Shown in pieces: positions 10,557-21,410 of a stretch of DNA of 64,000 nt (positions are counted from its first letter, which is position 1; every line of letters starts with the position of its first letter). Location of the stretch: NCBI GenBank assembly GCA_965198005.1, contig CBDAOI010000004.1, forward strand, positions 1,696,001 through 1,760,000. The letters run 5' to 3'. Origin of the DNA: Spirochaetia bacterium (lineage in GTDB: Bacteria > Spirochaetota > Spirochaetia > SZUA-6 > Bin103). A program made the position numbers and the translations under genes. Under the pieces are notes generated by a model. The model was not told the origin of the DNA. It made no database searches and saw only the letters and a list, made by a program, of their open reading frames with translations.

Positions 10557-11405
10557 CTACCCGGTGGCGCCTGTGGCGTAGCCGCGCAGGAAGTCGGTGA
10601 CCGCCTGCTCGATCGGCAGCTCACCGTCCAGCACCGCCTGTTCGTAGCGCGCGGTCCACTTCGCCAGCAGCGGCCGGGCCAATTCCAGCTCGCGGCGGAT
10701 GACGCGCCCGATCTGCCCGCTGGCGGCTGCGAACTCGCCGGCGAGGCAGGCGCGGTGCGCGGCCGTCCAGTCGTAGGCGACGCGCCGCAGCTCCACCTGC
10801 CAGCCGCCGGCCCGCGCCTCTACGCGCGCATAGCCGGGACGCCGGTCTCCGTCGAACGGCAGCCCGGCCGAGCCGGCGTTCACGATCAGGGTGGCGCCGA
10901 GCGGCCGCACCAGCGGGCGATGGGTATGCCCGACCGCGAACAGGCTGGCCGTACCGTCTACCAGCGGAGCCAGCTCCTCCGGCTCCATTTCCGGGTAGAT
11001 CCCCACCCGGCTGCCACCCAGCGAGCCGTGGGTGAAGGTGGCGCGCCCGGGCGGCGCCGGCAGGTCGAGCCGCGCCGGCAGCGCGCTCAGCTCGGCCACG
11101 GCGCCGGCCATCCGGGTCATGGTCCACCACGTGTGCTGGTGCACGGCGAACGCCGGGGTGCCCGGTTGCGGGGGCTCGCGGTGGAGCGCGATCACGTACT
11201 CTTCGTGATTGCCCAGCAGCACGTGCCAGGCCGGGGCCGCGGCGCGCTCGCGCACCAGCTCGTAGCAGGCGCGCGGGTGCGGCCCGCGGTTGACCGTATC
11301 GCCCAGGACCACCACCACGTCCGGATTCCAGCGATCCAGGTCGGCCAACACCGCCTCCAGCGCCGGCAGGTTGGCGTGCACGTCGGCAACCAGCGCCAGC
11401 TTCAC
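10557..11405 (-). CDS. Calcineurin-like metallophosphoesterase
   Basis: DVHAN, LGD, GNHE, HG, GHTH, NAGSAG. Confidence 0.9.
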   Translation of the reverse strand: MKLALVADVHANLPALEAVLADLDRWNPDVVVVLGDTVNRGPHPRACYELVRERAAAPAWHVLLGNHEEYVIALHREPPQPGTPAFAVHQHTWWTMTRMAGAVAELSALPARLDLPAPPGRATFTHGSLGGSRVGIYPEMEPEELAPLVDGTASLFAVGHTHRPLVRPLGATLIVNAGSAGLPFDGDRRPGYARVEARAGGWQVELRRVAYDWTAAHRACLAGEFAAASGQIGRVIRRELELARPLLAKWTARYEQAVLDGELPIEQAVTDFLRGYATGATG

Positions 11406-12514
11406 AGCCACCGCTTGCGGTTGAAGAACAGCAGCAACCCGCTGGCCACGACCGCCATTACGCCCCACACCGCCGGGTACGCCCAGGGCCATTGCAGCTC
11501 CGGCATCTTGAGGTTCATCCCGTAGACCCCGGCGATGAAGCTGAGCGGCAGGAAGATCGTGCCGATCACGGTGAGCACCTTCATCACGCTGTTCATGCGG
11601 TTGCTGGCCAGGGTCATGTAGTGGTCGCGCAGGTTGACGATCAGCTCGCGCACGGTCTCGACCAGATCGAGCGCCTGCACCGCGTGGTCGTGGATGTCGC
11701 GCAGGTAGACCCGGGTCGAGTCCCGGATCAGCGCGGAGGAGCTGCTCTGGATCTGCGAGGTAACGTCCCGTACCGGACGCACCGCGTGCCGCAGGTGAAT
11801 CAGGTCGCGCCGGATCGCGTGAATCACCGCCAGCAGGTCTTCGTCGCTGCCCTCCAGGAGCTCCTCCTCGATCGCCTCGGCACGGTCGCCTATGGTCTCG
11901 ATTGCCAGGAAGTAGTTGTCGACGATCGCGTCCAGCAGGGCGTACGCGAGGTAGTCGGCGCCGCGCGTACGGACCAGGCCGCGCCCGGTGCGGATGCGGC
12001 CGCGCAACGGGTCGAAGGTGACGCCGGAGCGCTCCTGGAACGAGACCACCAGATGTTGCATGGCCACGATGCTGACCTGCTGCATGCGCAGCCAGGTGCG
12101 GCCGACTCCGTCCGTGGCCTTGGCGGCGTCGCGGGCGTCGGCGCCGGCGGGGTCCGGCTCGGCGTGCACCATCTTGAGCGCCAGAAACCGGTATTCCGGA
12201 TAGTCCTCGACCTTGGGACGCTGGGTGGCGTCCATGATGTCTTCGCGCGTGAGCGGGTGGATGCCCAGGGCCTCGCCGATGGCCCGGATCACGCTGACTT
12301 CGTGCACCCCGTCGACGTGGATCCAGCTTACCCGGCCGGCGGCGACCGCCGACCGGCAGACGGCCACCAGCTCCTCCTTGGCGCAGTCGCGTTCGCTGAA
12401 GTCGTCGGCGGTGAACTCGGTCAGGCGGATGCGCACCGGCGCCTCGGGCCTGAGCCCGATGTGGATCAGGGTGCCCGGGGCGGTGCCGACTCTGGCGGCA
12501 ATCGGATCAATCAT
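11402..12514 (-). CDS. corA: Magnesium/cobalt transporter CorA
   Basis: QRPKVE, YGMN signature, MPEL, two C-terminal TM helices. Confidence 0.92.
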   Translation of the reverse strand: MIDPIAARVGTAPGTLIHIGLRPEAPVRIRLTEFTADDFSERDCAKEELVAVCRSAVAAGRVSWIHVDGVHEVSVIRAIGEALGIHPLTREDIMDATQRPKVEDYPEYRFLALKMVHAEPDPAGADARDAAKATDGVGRTWLRMQQVSIVAMQHLVVSFQERSGVTFDPLRGRIRTGRGLVRTRGADYLAYALLDAIVDNYFLAIETIGDRAEAIEEELLEGSDEDLLAVIHAIRRDLIHLRHAVRPVRDVTSQIQSSSSALIRDSTRVYLRDIHDHAVQALDLVETVRELIVNLRDHYMTLASNRMNSVMKVLTVIGTIFLPLSFIAGVYGMNLKMPELQWPWAYPAVWGVMAVVASGLLLFFNRKRWL

Positions 12515-12534
12515 CGTGCGCGTTCTCCCGCGGT

Positions 12535-14841
12535 CTATTGGCGGCGGCCGCGCCACCGCGCCTGGCGCCGTGCCGCCGGCCGGCGCTGCCACGCCGCGAA
12601 CGCTACCGCGACTGCGGCGAAGAACCGGAACCGCATCAGGCTGCGCGTACCGGAACGGGCGCACGCGGCCCGCAGAGCGGGGGTCACGTCCGTCGTGCCC
12701 ACCGTCACCGCCACCCGCTCCAGACATTGCGGCGCGATCTCCTGAAACCGGTCGGCGTCGTCGATCGTCACCGGCAATGCGCTGAGCAACTCGAATTCGG
12801 CCACTGCCAGCGGACTCCGTTCCTGCCGCTCCGAGAGGTAGTCGGCCAGTAGCGCCGGTCCGTCGCGCGGTTCCGCCAGAAAGCCACGGTACAGCGGATA
12901 GAACGTTTCGGCCATCCCCAGGATGCCCGCGGCCGCGAGAATGATCTCGTCGCAGGCGTAGACCGTGGGGTTGCGCTCGAGCGTCTCCAGCAGCACCCGG
13001 ATCGAGGCCGGGCGGCCGAACAGCTCCAGCGCGGTGGCGCCGTAGATCAGCAGCCGCGGATTGCCGGAGCGCTGCACCATCTCCTCCACCTTGGGCAGGC
13101 TGTCGGCGCTGCCCAGGCGGGCCAGCGCGACCATGCACATCCCGGCCAGAAAGACGTCGGAGGAGTCCAGCCCGGCGCGCAGGGCGGGCACCCCCTCCGT
13201 CACCCGTTTGCGCCCGATCAGATCGGCGGCGAGGTGGGCCGTGGTGTAGGACTGCTGCTCCACTTCGGCGATCAGCGCGCGCTTGAGCTCCTCGGTCAGC
13301 GGCACCTGGGACAGGGCGTCGAGCGCCTCCGCGCGCACCGCGAAGCGCGGTGACTTGAGGGTGCGCAGCAGATCGGGGGTGGCGAGCCGCGACTGCGCGC
13401 TGCCCAGACGCTCGATCAGCGACTGATCGGACGCGGCGGTGGTGCTTTCCTTGAGCCGGTGCAGCAGCGACAGGGCGCGCAGCTCGCGCGGCGAGGTGAA
13501 GATGCCCACGACGTCCTGCACGCGGTAGGCGCCCAGCCGTTCCAGGCTGGCGGTGAGCAGCAGGATGCCGACGAAGGCGGCCACCAGGCTGCCGAAGTAG
13601 ATGCGGTAGGCGTCGGCGGTGGTGAGGCTGGTGAAGTTGGCCAGGCCGTCGAGCACGGCGCCGCCGGCGAACGAGCCCACGGTGGCCGGGATGCCGGTGA
13701 TCAGAAAGGCGAGGATGCCGAGGTTGAGCCGGTCGGCCGGCGGCGTGAGCGTGTAGTAGTAGACCGCCTGCGCCGTGCCGGCGCCGTTGATCCCGAACGT
13801 GGCGCAGAAGAAGATCGCCCCGAGGTAGAGCCACAGCGCCGTGCTGGTGGCCAGCGGCGGCGCCACCGAAATCAGGATCACCGTGATCAGCGAGACCACG
13901 GTGAACAGCATCATCAGCGGCTTGGCGCCGACCCGGTCGATCACGAAGCCGCTCACCAGCCCCATGACGATGGCGCCCACCGATCCGACCGCGGTCAGCA
14001 GCATCGCGATGTTGTCGCCCAGGCCGTAGACCTGTTTTACGTAGACCACCAGGAACGGCACCACCATCGACGCGATGAAGCTGTTCGCGGCCAGCAGCGT
14101 GACGAAGCGGATCACGCCGGGCCGGCGCAGCGCCAGCCGCACCGAGCGCAGGAAGCCGCCGGCGCGCGGCGGTACCGGCGGCTCGGGAAAGCGGAAGATG
14201 ACCCGCGCCGAGGCGAACCCGGTGACGATGCCGGTGCCGAGGAACAGGGTGTACACCAGCAGCGACGACTGCTCCTGGAGCAACAGTCCCATCATCACGC
14301 CGGTGCCGGTCGCGGCTAACTGGACCAGGAGCTGGTTGTAGGCCAGGAACGAGCCGCGGTCGTCGCTGGTGGTGATTGCGCCGATGATGGTGTTGTGCCC
14401 GGTGATGGCGATGCCGCGCGCGACGTTGAACCCGACCACGCTGACCAGGATCAGCCAGATGCCGATGTCGGGCCGGCGCTCGGCGAACAGCGGCGCCGCC
14501 AGGATCGGGGTCACCAGGATGTAGCGCACGATCCAGAACACGCCCATGGTGCGCACCGTGCCCAGCCGCCGGACCACGGCGCGGCCGACCAACGGCAGGA
14601 TCTGGCCCAGCGGAATGAACGCGTACAGCGTGCCCACCAGCAGCGCGCTGCCCCCCAGGCGCAGCGCGTAGAGGGCGATGACGTTGCCGGTCAGGAGGTG
14701 GAAGGAGACGGCGTTGAGGATCGAGAACAGAGCGAACCCGCGCTGCGCGGCGCGCAGTTGCCGGGGGCTGAGGTCGCCGTCGCCGGCGATGAGAGACTGA
14801 TTCACGGTTACACGTTCAGGTCGGGTGCGGTCTGCCTTCAA
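12535..14841 (-). CDS. MFS-like transporter fused to a C-terminal HEAT-repeat-like domain
   Basis: About 430 aa of hydrophobic helices followed by VRAEALDAL / ALARLG helical repeats. Confidence 0.7.
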   Translation of the reverse strand: MKADRTRPERVTVNQSLIAGDGDLSPRQLRAAQRGFALFSILNAVSFHLLTGNVIALYALRLGGSALLVGTLYAFIPLGQILPLVGRAVVRRLGTVRTMGVFWIVRYILVTPILAAPLFAERRPDIGIWLILVSVVGFNVARGIAITGHNTIIGAITTSDDRGSFLAYNQLLVQLAATGTGVMMGLLLQEQSSLLVYTLFLGTGIVTGFASARVIFRFPEPPVPPRAGGFLRSVRLALRRPGVIRFVTLLAANSFIASMVVPFLVVYVKQVYGLGDNIAMLLTAVGSVGAIVMGLVSGFVIDRVGAKPLMMLFTVVSLITVILISVAPPLATSTALWLYLGAIFFCATFGINGAGTAQAVYYYTLTPPADRLNLGILAFLITGIPATVGSFAGGAVLDGLANFTSLTTADAYRIYFGSLVAAFVGILLLTASLERLGAYRVQDVVGIFTSPRELRALSLLHRLKESTTAASDQSLIERLGSAQSRLATPDLLRTLKSPRFAVRAEALDALSQVPLTEELKRALIAEVEQQSYTTAHLAADLIGRKRVTEGVPALRAGLDSSDVFLAGMCMVALARLGSADSLPKVEEMVQRSGNPRLLIYGATALELFGRPASIRVLLETLERNPTVYACDEIILAAAGILGMAETFYPLYRGFLAEPRDGPALLADYLSERQERSPLAVAEFELLSALPVTIDDADRFQEIAPQCLERVAVTVGTTDVTPALRAACARSGTRSLMRFRFFAAVAVAFAAWQRRPAARRQARWRGRRQ

Positions 14842-14960
14842 TCTAATCTAATGGTGCGAAGATCGGTGCGGCCATCCAAATATGGGCAGCCGGCGAACGC
14901 GTGCGGGCCAGCGCCGCGGGGCAGGGGAGCGGCGCCGGCGCCTCGCTGCCGGCCGGCCGA

Positions 14961-15491
14961 TCAGTCGCGCCCGCGCGGCGGGCGGCGGCCGAACAGCATG
15001 CCGCCGCCCCACTTGAGCAGCACGAACAGGGCCACCGCCAGCACGAAGAACCAGCCCAGCGAGGCGCCGAAGAACAGCCACACCCGCAGGCTGCGCAGCA
15101 CCAGGGCGATGGCGAACGCGACCGAGAGCATGGTCATCAGCCCCGCCAGCCGGTGGAACCCCGGCACGCTGTCGAAGTCCACGTTGCGGCGCATCAGGCC
15201 GAGGGTCAGCCCCATCGCCACGATCGGGGCGAGGTAGATCGCGAAGTCGAGGTCGAGCAGATTCTCGCCGGTGAAGAACAGGGCGTAGACCACCAGCACC
15301 GCCGCGAACATCCCCGGCACGCAGGCGGCGTAGACCAGCAGGGTGTACAGGTAGCGCCACGGGGCGCGGGCGCCGCCGCCGGGGCCGTGCACCACGCCGG
15401 CGAAGCCCGACAGCACCACCACCACCGCAAACCCGATCAGCACGGGGAACCGAACGGCGTCGACCCCGGCCAGCAACTCGCGCAGACTCAT
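14961..15491 (-). CDS. Hypothetical integral membrane protein
   Basis: 176-aa ORF with about five hydrophobic segments and host-like codon bias. Confidence 0.65.
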   Translation of the reverse strand: MSLRELLAGVDAVRFPVLIGFAVVVVLSGFAGVVHGPGGGARAPWRYLYTLLVYAACVPGMFAAVLVVYALFFTGENLLDLDFAIYLAPIVAMGLTLGLMRRNVDFDSVPGFHRLAGLMTMLSVAFAIALVLRSLRVWLFFGASLGWFFVLAVALFVLLKWGGGMLFGRRPPRGRD

Positions 15492-15578
15492 CCCGTGCAG
15501 GATACCGTGCCCGGCCCCGGCGTGGGGAGCGCACTGGAAGTGTCAGCCGGGTGCCGCTGAGCGCAGAACCCGCAGTAC

Positions 15579-15990
15579 TCAACGGCCGGCGCCCCTGAGC
15601 CGCGGGTCGAGCAGGTCCCGCACGGCGTCACCGAACATGTTCAGGCTGTAAACGACAATAGTCAGGCAAACACCAGGCCAGATCGCCAGCCAGGGGGCCA
15701 CCTCCATGTACCTGCGCCCTTCCCGGCTGAGCATACCTCCCCAGCTAGGAATGTTCGGTGGCAGACCGAATCCGAGGAAGCTCAGAGAGGCCTCGGAAAT
15801 AATCACCCCCCCGATGTTGATGCTGAAGATGATGATGGGGGGCGCCACAATATTGCGCAGGACATGCCGCAACAGGATTTGGGTCGTGGGCGTGGCTTCT
15901 CCTTGACCAGCCTGATAAAGAAATCAGCCAGCCGGGAACGTCTCTCTTTGGCGCAGTTTCTGCTGACGGTCTGCCTATGGCGTCGCTCAT
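15579..15990 (-). pseudogene. DppC-type permease remnant (start joined to 3' end, middle missing)
   Basis: MSDAIG...ADFFIRLVKEKP followed almost directly by RHVLRNIVAP...DPRLRGAGR. Confidence 0.75.
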
Positions 15991-16019
15991 ATGCCCCCTT
16001 TAGCTGTAGCGGACCCTGG

Positions 16020-16459
16020 GGTATATCGCCGGGGATGAAGCGGACGGAGAGGATCTCCCCGGGGGCGACCGCGTTGACGCGGACGCCGTGCTCGCGCAGC
16101 TGCGCCGCCAGGCAGCGGGTGTAGTGGTGGACCGCGGCCTTGGCGCTGCCGTACACCACGCCGGTGGATGCGCCACGAAGGCCGGCCACGCTGCCCATGT
16201 TGACGATACAGCCCTGCTGGCGCGCCATCATCTCGGGCGCCACTTCGCGGCACGGGAGGATGCAGGTGAGCCAGTTGCGATCGAACACCGCGCGCAGGTC
16301 GGCGAACGAAACGTTGATGGCGTCGTTGTCGACCGGCCGGCCACCCGCGGCGGCCATGGTGCCCTGGGCGCCGATGTCGCCGCCGGCGTTGTTGACCAGG
16401 ATGTCGATCTGACCGAAGCGATCGCGAACCTGTGCGGCCAACTCGGCCACCCGCTCCAC
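16020..16459 (-). pseudogene. SDR oxidoreductase internal fragment
   Basis: DILVNNAG, YGSAK, VRVNAVAPG; no N-terminal GxxxGxG. Confidence 0.75.
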
Positions 16460-16611
16460 AGAACGACCTTGCGACCCGGGATCGATGCCGCGCTGCAGTT
16501 CAACGTGGCGGCGCGCTCGGTGTTGTTGGCCGGCAGCCGCTGCGGGCAGGTGGAGCCCACGACCTGCCTAAAGGCGGGGTCCACTGCAAGTCGCCTACGG
16601 CGAACTCGCTC

Positions 16612-16665
16612 GTGCAGCTCGGCGCAGACGCCGAGCTGCAATGGAAACCGCCTCTGGCGGTTTCC
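16612..16665 (-). terminator. Two tandem perfect hairpins right after the SBP-fragment stop codon
   Basis: tgcagctcggcg-caga-cgccgagctgca and ggaaaccgcc-tct-ggcggtttcc; no clear U-tract. Confidence 0.4.
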
Positions 16666-17030
16666 TCAGAAGCCCATTTCTCGCTTCAGATCCTGGTCAA
16701 TCCAAAGGCGGGCGAGGATGGTATGAAACTTAAAGTTTCCCAACCTGGTTTCACCGTTAAAACCTCCGACCCACGGATGGCTGGCCTGATACATTGGAGC
16801 CATAGGAAGCCACATATTATTGTGCTGCGTCATTAAGGCCATACCAAACTCTTCTGCCGCCTTCATCTGCTCATCGATGGTAGTGGCGGCGAAAAAGGCA
16901 GCTTGGGAGGCGGCCAGCTCAGGGTTCTCGACTCCGCCCATCCATTCCCTTTGGTAAGGGGTTTCCGAGCCATAAGCCGACATGCTCGGGGACGGGATCT
17001 CCCTGGCCATACCGCCATAAAGCGACTCAT
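16666..17030 (-). pseudogene. Family-5 solute-binding protein, C-terminal fragment
   Basis: PWVGGFNGE...ARLWIDQDLKREMGF, matching the ends of the full SBPs. Confidence 0.8.
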
Positions 17031-17370
17031 AGTGTCGGCGGCGACCACCGACCGCGCCACCCGCGACGCCCGCGACAAGCACGCGCCCATGGGCCGCGCG
17101 GCGCGCGCCGTCGAGGGCCGCGTGCTCGCCAGCCCCGGCTTGCTGACCGAGGCCACGCCGGTGTTCGCCGAGCCAGCCACCGCGGTCGCCTACGGCGGCG
17201 TCCTCGCGGCACTGCCGATGCTGCTCCGCGAGGGCCTGCTCGGCGCCGCCAACCGCCTGTTCCGCCTGCCCGCCGGATTCCATGGCCTGACCACCATCCT
17301 GCTGTTCGTCGCCTGCATGACCCTGGCCCGAGTACGCACCCCCGAGAGCCTCCGCTACCAGGCGCCACGC
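17030..17370 (+). mobile_element. Putative transposase internal fragment
   Basis: EATPVFAEPATAVAYGGVLAALPMLLREGLL...LARVRTPESLRYQAP resembles a transposase family I recall; abrupt ends. Confidence 0.45.
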
Positions 17371-17386
17371 GCGCCGGTGGTAGTCC

Positions 17387-18280
17387 TCAGGCGGCGGCGG
17401 CACCGAGACGACCGCCGCCACCCCGCAGCCGCGGGTCGAGCAGGTCGCGCACCGCATCGCCGAACATGTTCAGACTGTAGACCACGATCGTCAGGCACAG
17501 GCCCGGCCAGAGCGCCAGCCACGGCGCCTGCTGCATGAACTCACGCCCTTCCCGGCTGAGCATGGCACCCCAGCTCGGAACGCCGACCGGCAGACCGAAG
17601 CCGAGAAAGCTCAGGGAAGCCTCACTGATGATCACCCCACCCACGTTGATGCTGAACACGATGATGACGACCGGCATGATATTGGGCAGGACATGGTGGA
17701 TGAATGTCCGCCACTTCGAGGCGCCGATCACCTCCACCGCCTGGAAGTACGCGTTCTCCTTGATGTCGATTACGGCGCCTCGGACCAATCTCGAGCCGCC
17801 GATGCCGCCCGAGATCCCCAGCACCAGTATCAGTTGTGGCACACCTCGCCCCACGATGGACATGATGGTCAACAACAGCAGCAGTCCCGGAATAGCCATC
17901 CAGGCATCGACAAATCTCTGCACCACCAAGTCCAACTTGCCGCCAAAGAATCCTGACGTGCCGCCGATCAGGAGAGCAACCACGACATTGAGCGCGGTCG
18001 CGGCCAGACCGACGACCATCGACAGCCGCGCGCCGTAGATAACGCGGCTCAACAGGTCTCGCCCCAAGTGGTCGGTACCGAGTGGATACGCGGCTGATGA
18101 GCCGGTCAGCCTGTCCGCCAAGTGTATTTCAATATATCCATACGGGGCCAGGACATCGGCCAAGATAGCCACCAGGATCACGAGCACGATGATGATCCCG
18201 CTGATCGTGCCGAGTGACTTCTCCCGCCACAGCCTGACGAAGAAAGAAGCCGTTCCCGGTACCGCGGTGGGGTCGCTCAT
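17387..18280 (-). CDS. ABC permease, DppC/OppC type
   Basis: LGTDHLGRDLLSRVIYGAR, EASLSFLG, GDAVRDLLDPR. Confidence 0.9.
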   Translation of the reverse strand: MSDPTAVPGTASFFVRLWREKSLGTISGIIIVLVILVAILADVLAPYGYIEIHLADRLTGSSAAYPLGTDHLGRDLLSRVIYGARLSMVVGLAATALNVVVALLIGGTSGFFGGKLDLVVQRFVDAWMAIPGLLLLLTIMSIVGRGVPQLILVLGISGGIGGSRLVRGAVIDIKENAYFQAVEVIGASKWRTFIHHVLPNIMPVVIIVFSINVGGVIISEASLSFLGFGLPVGVPSWGAMLSREGREFMQQAPWLALWPGLCLTIVVYSLNMFGDAVRDLLDPRLRGGGGRLGAAAA

Positions 18281-19235
18281 TGATAACGGACCCGCGGATC
18301 CAGGTAGCCATAGAGCAGGTCGACCATGAGATTCACCCCGACCACCGCTGCGCCGAACACCAGGTTTACTCCGGAGACCAGCGGGTAATCCCGGTCGGTG
18401 AGCGCGGCCAGCATGAGACGGCCCAACCCCGGCAGGTTGAATATGTTCTCCATGATCACCGAACCGCCTACCAGGATCGGCAACTGCAGTCCAACCAGAG
18501 TGACGATCGGGATGAGGGCGTTCTTGATGGCGTGTCTGACAACGACCACCCTCTCGCTCAGCCCCTTTGACCAGGCCGTGCGGATATAGTCCTGCCGCAG
18601 CACCTCCAGCATCATGGTGCGCGTTATCCGCATGGTGGCGGCAGACAGATAGGTGCCCAGAATCAGGCTGGGAATGATGAACACGCCAAGACTTCCCAGC
18701 GGGTCTTCTGTGAACTGAATCACTTCCATCGGTGGTGCCCAGCCCCACCAGATCACCGGGTACAGCATGACCATCATTGCCAGCCAGAAGTTCGGCGTGG
18801 CCAGGCCGACGATGGCCACCGAGCGTCCCACGTAGTCGGCGGACGTATCCTGCCGAATCGCCGAGTAGATGCCGATTGGCAGGGCGATTACCAGCCCGAT
18901 GACGATCGACATCAGGCCGAGCTGAATCGTTACCGGCAATCGACTTACTATCGTCTCCTCTATCGCGTCCCGGTTGCCAACCAGTGAATTGCCGAGGCTG
19001 CCGCGTACAGGAAAATATCGCCTAACCAGCGTACATACTGCACGTAGCCAGGCACGTCCAATCCCAGCATACGCTCGAGCGCCTCCCGGTCTACCTCGGC
19101 CGAGAAGTCCACCGTGCCCAACATTGCGTCTATGGTATCGCCGGGGATGAAGCGGACCGAAAAGAAGACGATAAGGCTCAAAATGAGCAAGGTGGGGATA
19201 ACGAGCAGCAACCGCCTGATGATATAGGCCCGCAT
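18277..19235 (-). pseudogene. ABC permease, DppB/OppB type, frameshift near 19000 (possibly sequence error)
   Basis: MRAYIIRRLL in one frame; QDYIRTAWSKGL...LDPRVRY in another. Confidence 0.8.
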
Positions 19236-19307
19236 GTCACATGAAATGAACGGCGAGCTGGAAAGAAAGAGCCTCCCAGCTCGCCGATAACAGGGGAGAT
19301 GAGACCC

Positions 19308-21089
19308 CTAGAATCCCATTTCTTCCTTCAACTGACTATCAATCCAAAGGCGCGAGATAACGAGGCTGTCCTCATTCGGTCCGAGATCGAATTCACCGCT
19401 GTAGCCTATGACCCACGGCTGGAGTGCCCAAAACTGGGGAGCTTTGGGACCCCATATTTGATAGTGGTTCTCGATCGCGTACATGTCAGCTTCTCGCACC
19501 CACTTCTGCTGCTCCTCGAAGGTAGTGGCGGCCAGGGCGGCGTCAACGAGAGCGTCCAACTCAGGCCACTGATGCAAGGGTCGGTTCCACTGTGCGTCCG
19601 AGCGATGCCAGCCTACCAGAACTGGAGCGGCATAACTGGCGCCCCCAAGGCTTCCCATCATGCCTTCATAACTACGCGCGAAGAGGTCCGCGTGATACAG
19701 GGCCCAGTCACTATAGTCGTTGATCTCAACGTCAACGCCGATCTCGGCCCAGTAGGCGGCGGTGATCTCTGCATAGCTTGACCCACCGAGTGTCCTCGCG
19801 GACGTCTTGAATCTCGTGCCATCCGCGCCGCGCGGATATCCAGCCTCATCGAGGAGCTTCTCGGCACCTTCCGGGTCGTACCCATAGCCCTTCTTGACCT
19901 CGTCGGGCCACTCTTCGAATGGGATGTAAAACCCTTGAGCCCCTACTATCCCCTGAGGCGTCGCACTTGCGTAACCCTTCCAGTACGTGTTCGCAATGGT
20001 CTCGAGGTCCAGGGCCATTTGCATCGCCTTGCGCACCCGGACGTCGTCAAAGGGCGGCACTCTTACGTTTGCAGCAAAGGTAGCGGTAGACCGAAAAAAA
20101 TGCGTATGCAGCACGATTTCGGGGTTGGTCTTCTGCAGGCTGTCTACGGCGTCGATAGATTTTATCCAACTACCTGAAGGGCCTCTGAGATCAATCGCCC
20201 CTGAGATGAGTGCCGCCTGGAGTGTTGCTTCCTCCGGAATAATCAAATAACGTACCTCGTCAACGTAAGGCAGGCGGTTCTCGGGGTACTTTTCGTCATG
20301 GCCCCAGTAATCAGGGTTTCTGGTCCGGGTGGAAGAGCTGCCGTCCACCCAGTCAGTCATCTCAAAGGGCCCGGTGCCGACCAGGTTCTTCCAATCCGTG
20401 ATGCCACCGTGTTCCTTGATTACCTCTGGCGGCAATATGTAAACCATCAGATCCTGGGTGATGATCTGAAACGCGGGCAGGTAAGGCTGTTTCAACTTTA
20501 TGACAAGCGTCGAATCGTCGGTCGCAGTCACCGATTCGAATGGCACGCCAAGGAGGTTGGAAACGCCACCAAAGGGAGACGGTCCGACGTCGGCGAAGTC
20601 GCCCAGACCCACCATACGGTGAAAGTTGAACTCGACATCCTGCGCCGTCAGCAGACGACCGTTCATCGGCTCCTTATCGTGCCAGCGAACGCCGTCGCGG
20701 ATATGGAAGATAAAGGTCGTATCGTCCGGCGTTTCCCAGCTTTCGGCCAGCCGCCCCGTTACCGCGAACGGCGGATAGGTGTTCGCCGCTTTCAAGTCCC
20801 ACACGTCTCTGTCTATTCCCCAGTTGGCGATAGCCAGCTTCTCCAAGACGCCCATGATCGGAGGGTCTGGCCAGCCGGAATAGGGATCCCAACTATTGAG
20901 CATGCCCTTGTAACCGCCGGTCAGCGTCCCGCCGTACTCCGGCGCCACTACCAGCTCACCGGTGGTGGGGTCGGTCACGTACTCCTTGTCGGCGGCAGCG
21001 GCCGGCGCCTCCTCCCCGGCGGGGCTGGCGAACGTAACGGTAGTCACCAGCGCGAACGCCAGTGCCAATACAAGTGTTCGAAGAGCCAT
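19308..21089 (-). CDS. ABC solute-binding protein, family 5 (SBP1)
   Basis: Signal peptide, LAESWE, VGTGPF, PFDDVRVRKAMQMALD, YDPEGAEKLLDEAGY; GGAGGAG RBS. Confidence 0.9.
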   Translation of the reverse strand: MALRTLVLALAFALVTTVTFASPAGEEAPAAAADKEYVTDPTTGELVVAPEYGGTLTGGYKGMLNSWDPYSGWPDPPIMGVLEKLAIANWGIDRDVWDLKAANTYPPFAVTGRLAESWETPDDTTFIFHIRDGVRWHDKEPMNGRLLTAQDVEFNFHRMVGLGDFADVGPSPFGGVSNLLGVPFESVTATDDSTLVIKLKQPYLPAFQIITQDLMVYILPPEVIKEHGGITDWKNLVGTGPFEMTDWVDGSSSTRTRNPDYWGHDEKYPENRLPYVDEVRYLIIPEEATLQAALISGAIDLRGPSGSWIKSIDAVDSLQKTNPEIVLHTHFFRSTATFAANVRVPPFDDVRVRKAMQMALDLETIANTYWKGYASATPQGIVGAQGFYIPFEEWPDEVKKGYGYDPEGAEKLLDEAGYPRGADGTRFKTSARTLGGSSYAEITAAYWAEIGVDVEINDYSDWALYHADLFARSYEGMMGSLGGASYAAPVLVGWHRSDAQWNRPLHQWPELDALVDAALAATTFEEQQKWVREADMYAIENHYQIWGPKAPQFWALQPWVIGYSGEFDLGPNEDSLVISRLWIDSQLKEEMGF

Positions 21090-21410
21090 AATCGTGCTCC
21101 TCCTTCTCTCGGGAGCGCGGTTTGCGCCCCGTTGTTTTTTTTGCCGGATACTCCGGCTTTTTTTTTCGTGTAGTGCTGGTTGTTGGCTGTTGGCCCTGCG
21201 ACCCCGGCGCTCGACGCGGACGGCGCAGAGCAGGCCGCGGTGCTGGAGCGCTGCGCAGGGGCACGGGCGGGCTACCGGTCCCACCCGCGAGCAGCGTCGT
21301 GCGCTGGGGGTGGATGTCTGCTGGTAACCCGGCTGATAGCGGCGACGGGGTGAAAGACTGAGAATTGCGAGTGCCCGGCTGGCGGAGCGGTTAGTGAGCC
21401 GGTCTAGGTT

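Noticed and set aside
11402-13834. 810-aa ORF
   Set aside because: Only the last 370 aa are CorA; the rest is an off-frame read through the GC-rich MFS-HEAT gene.
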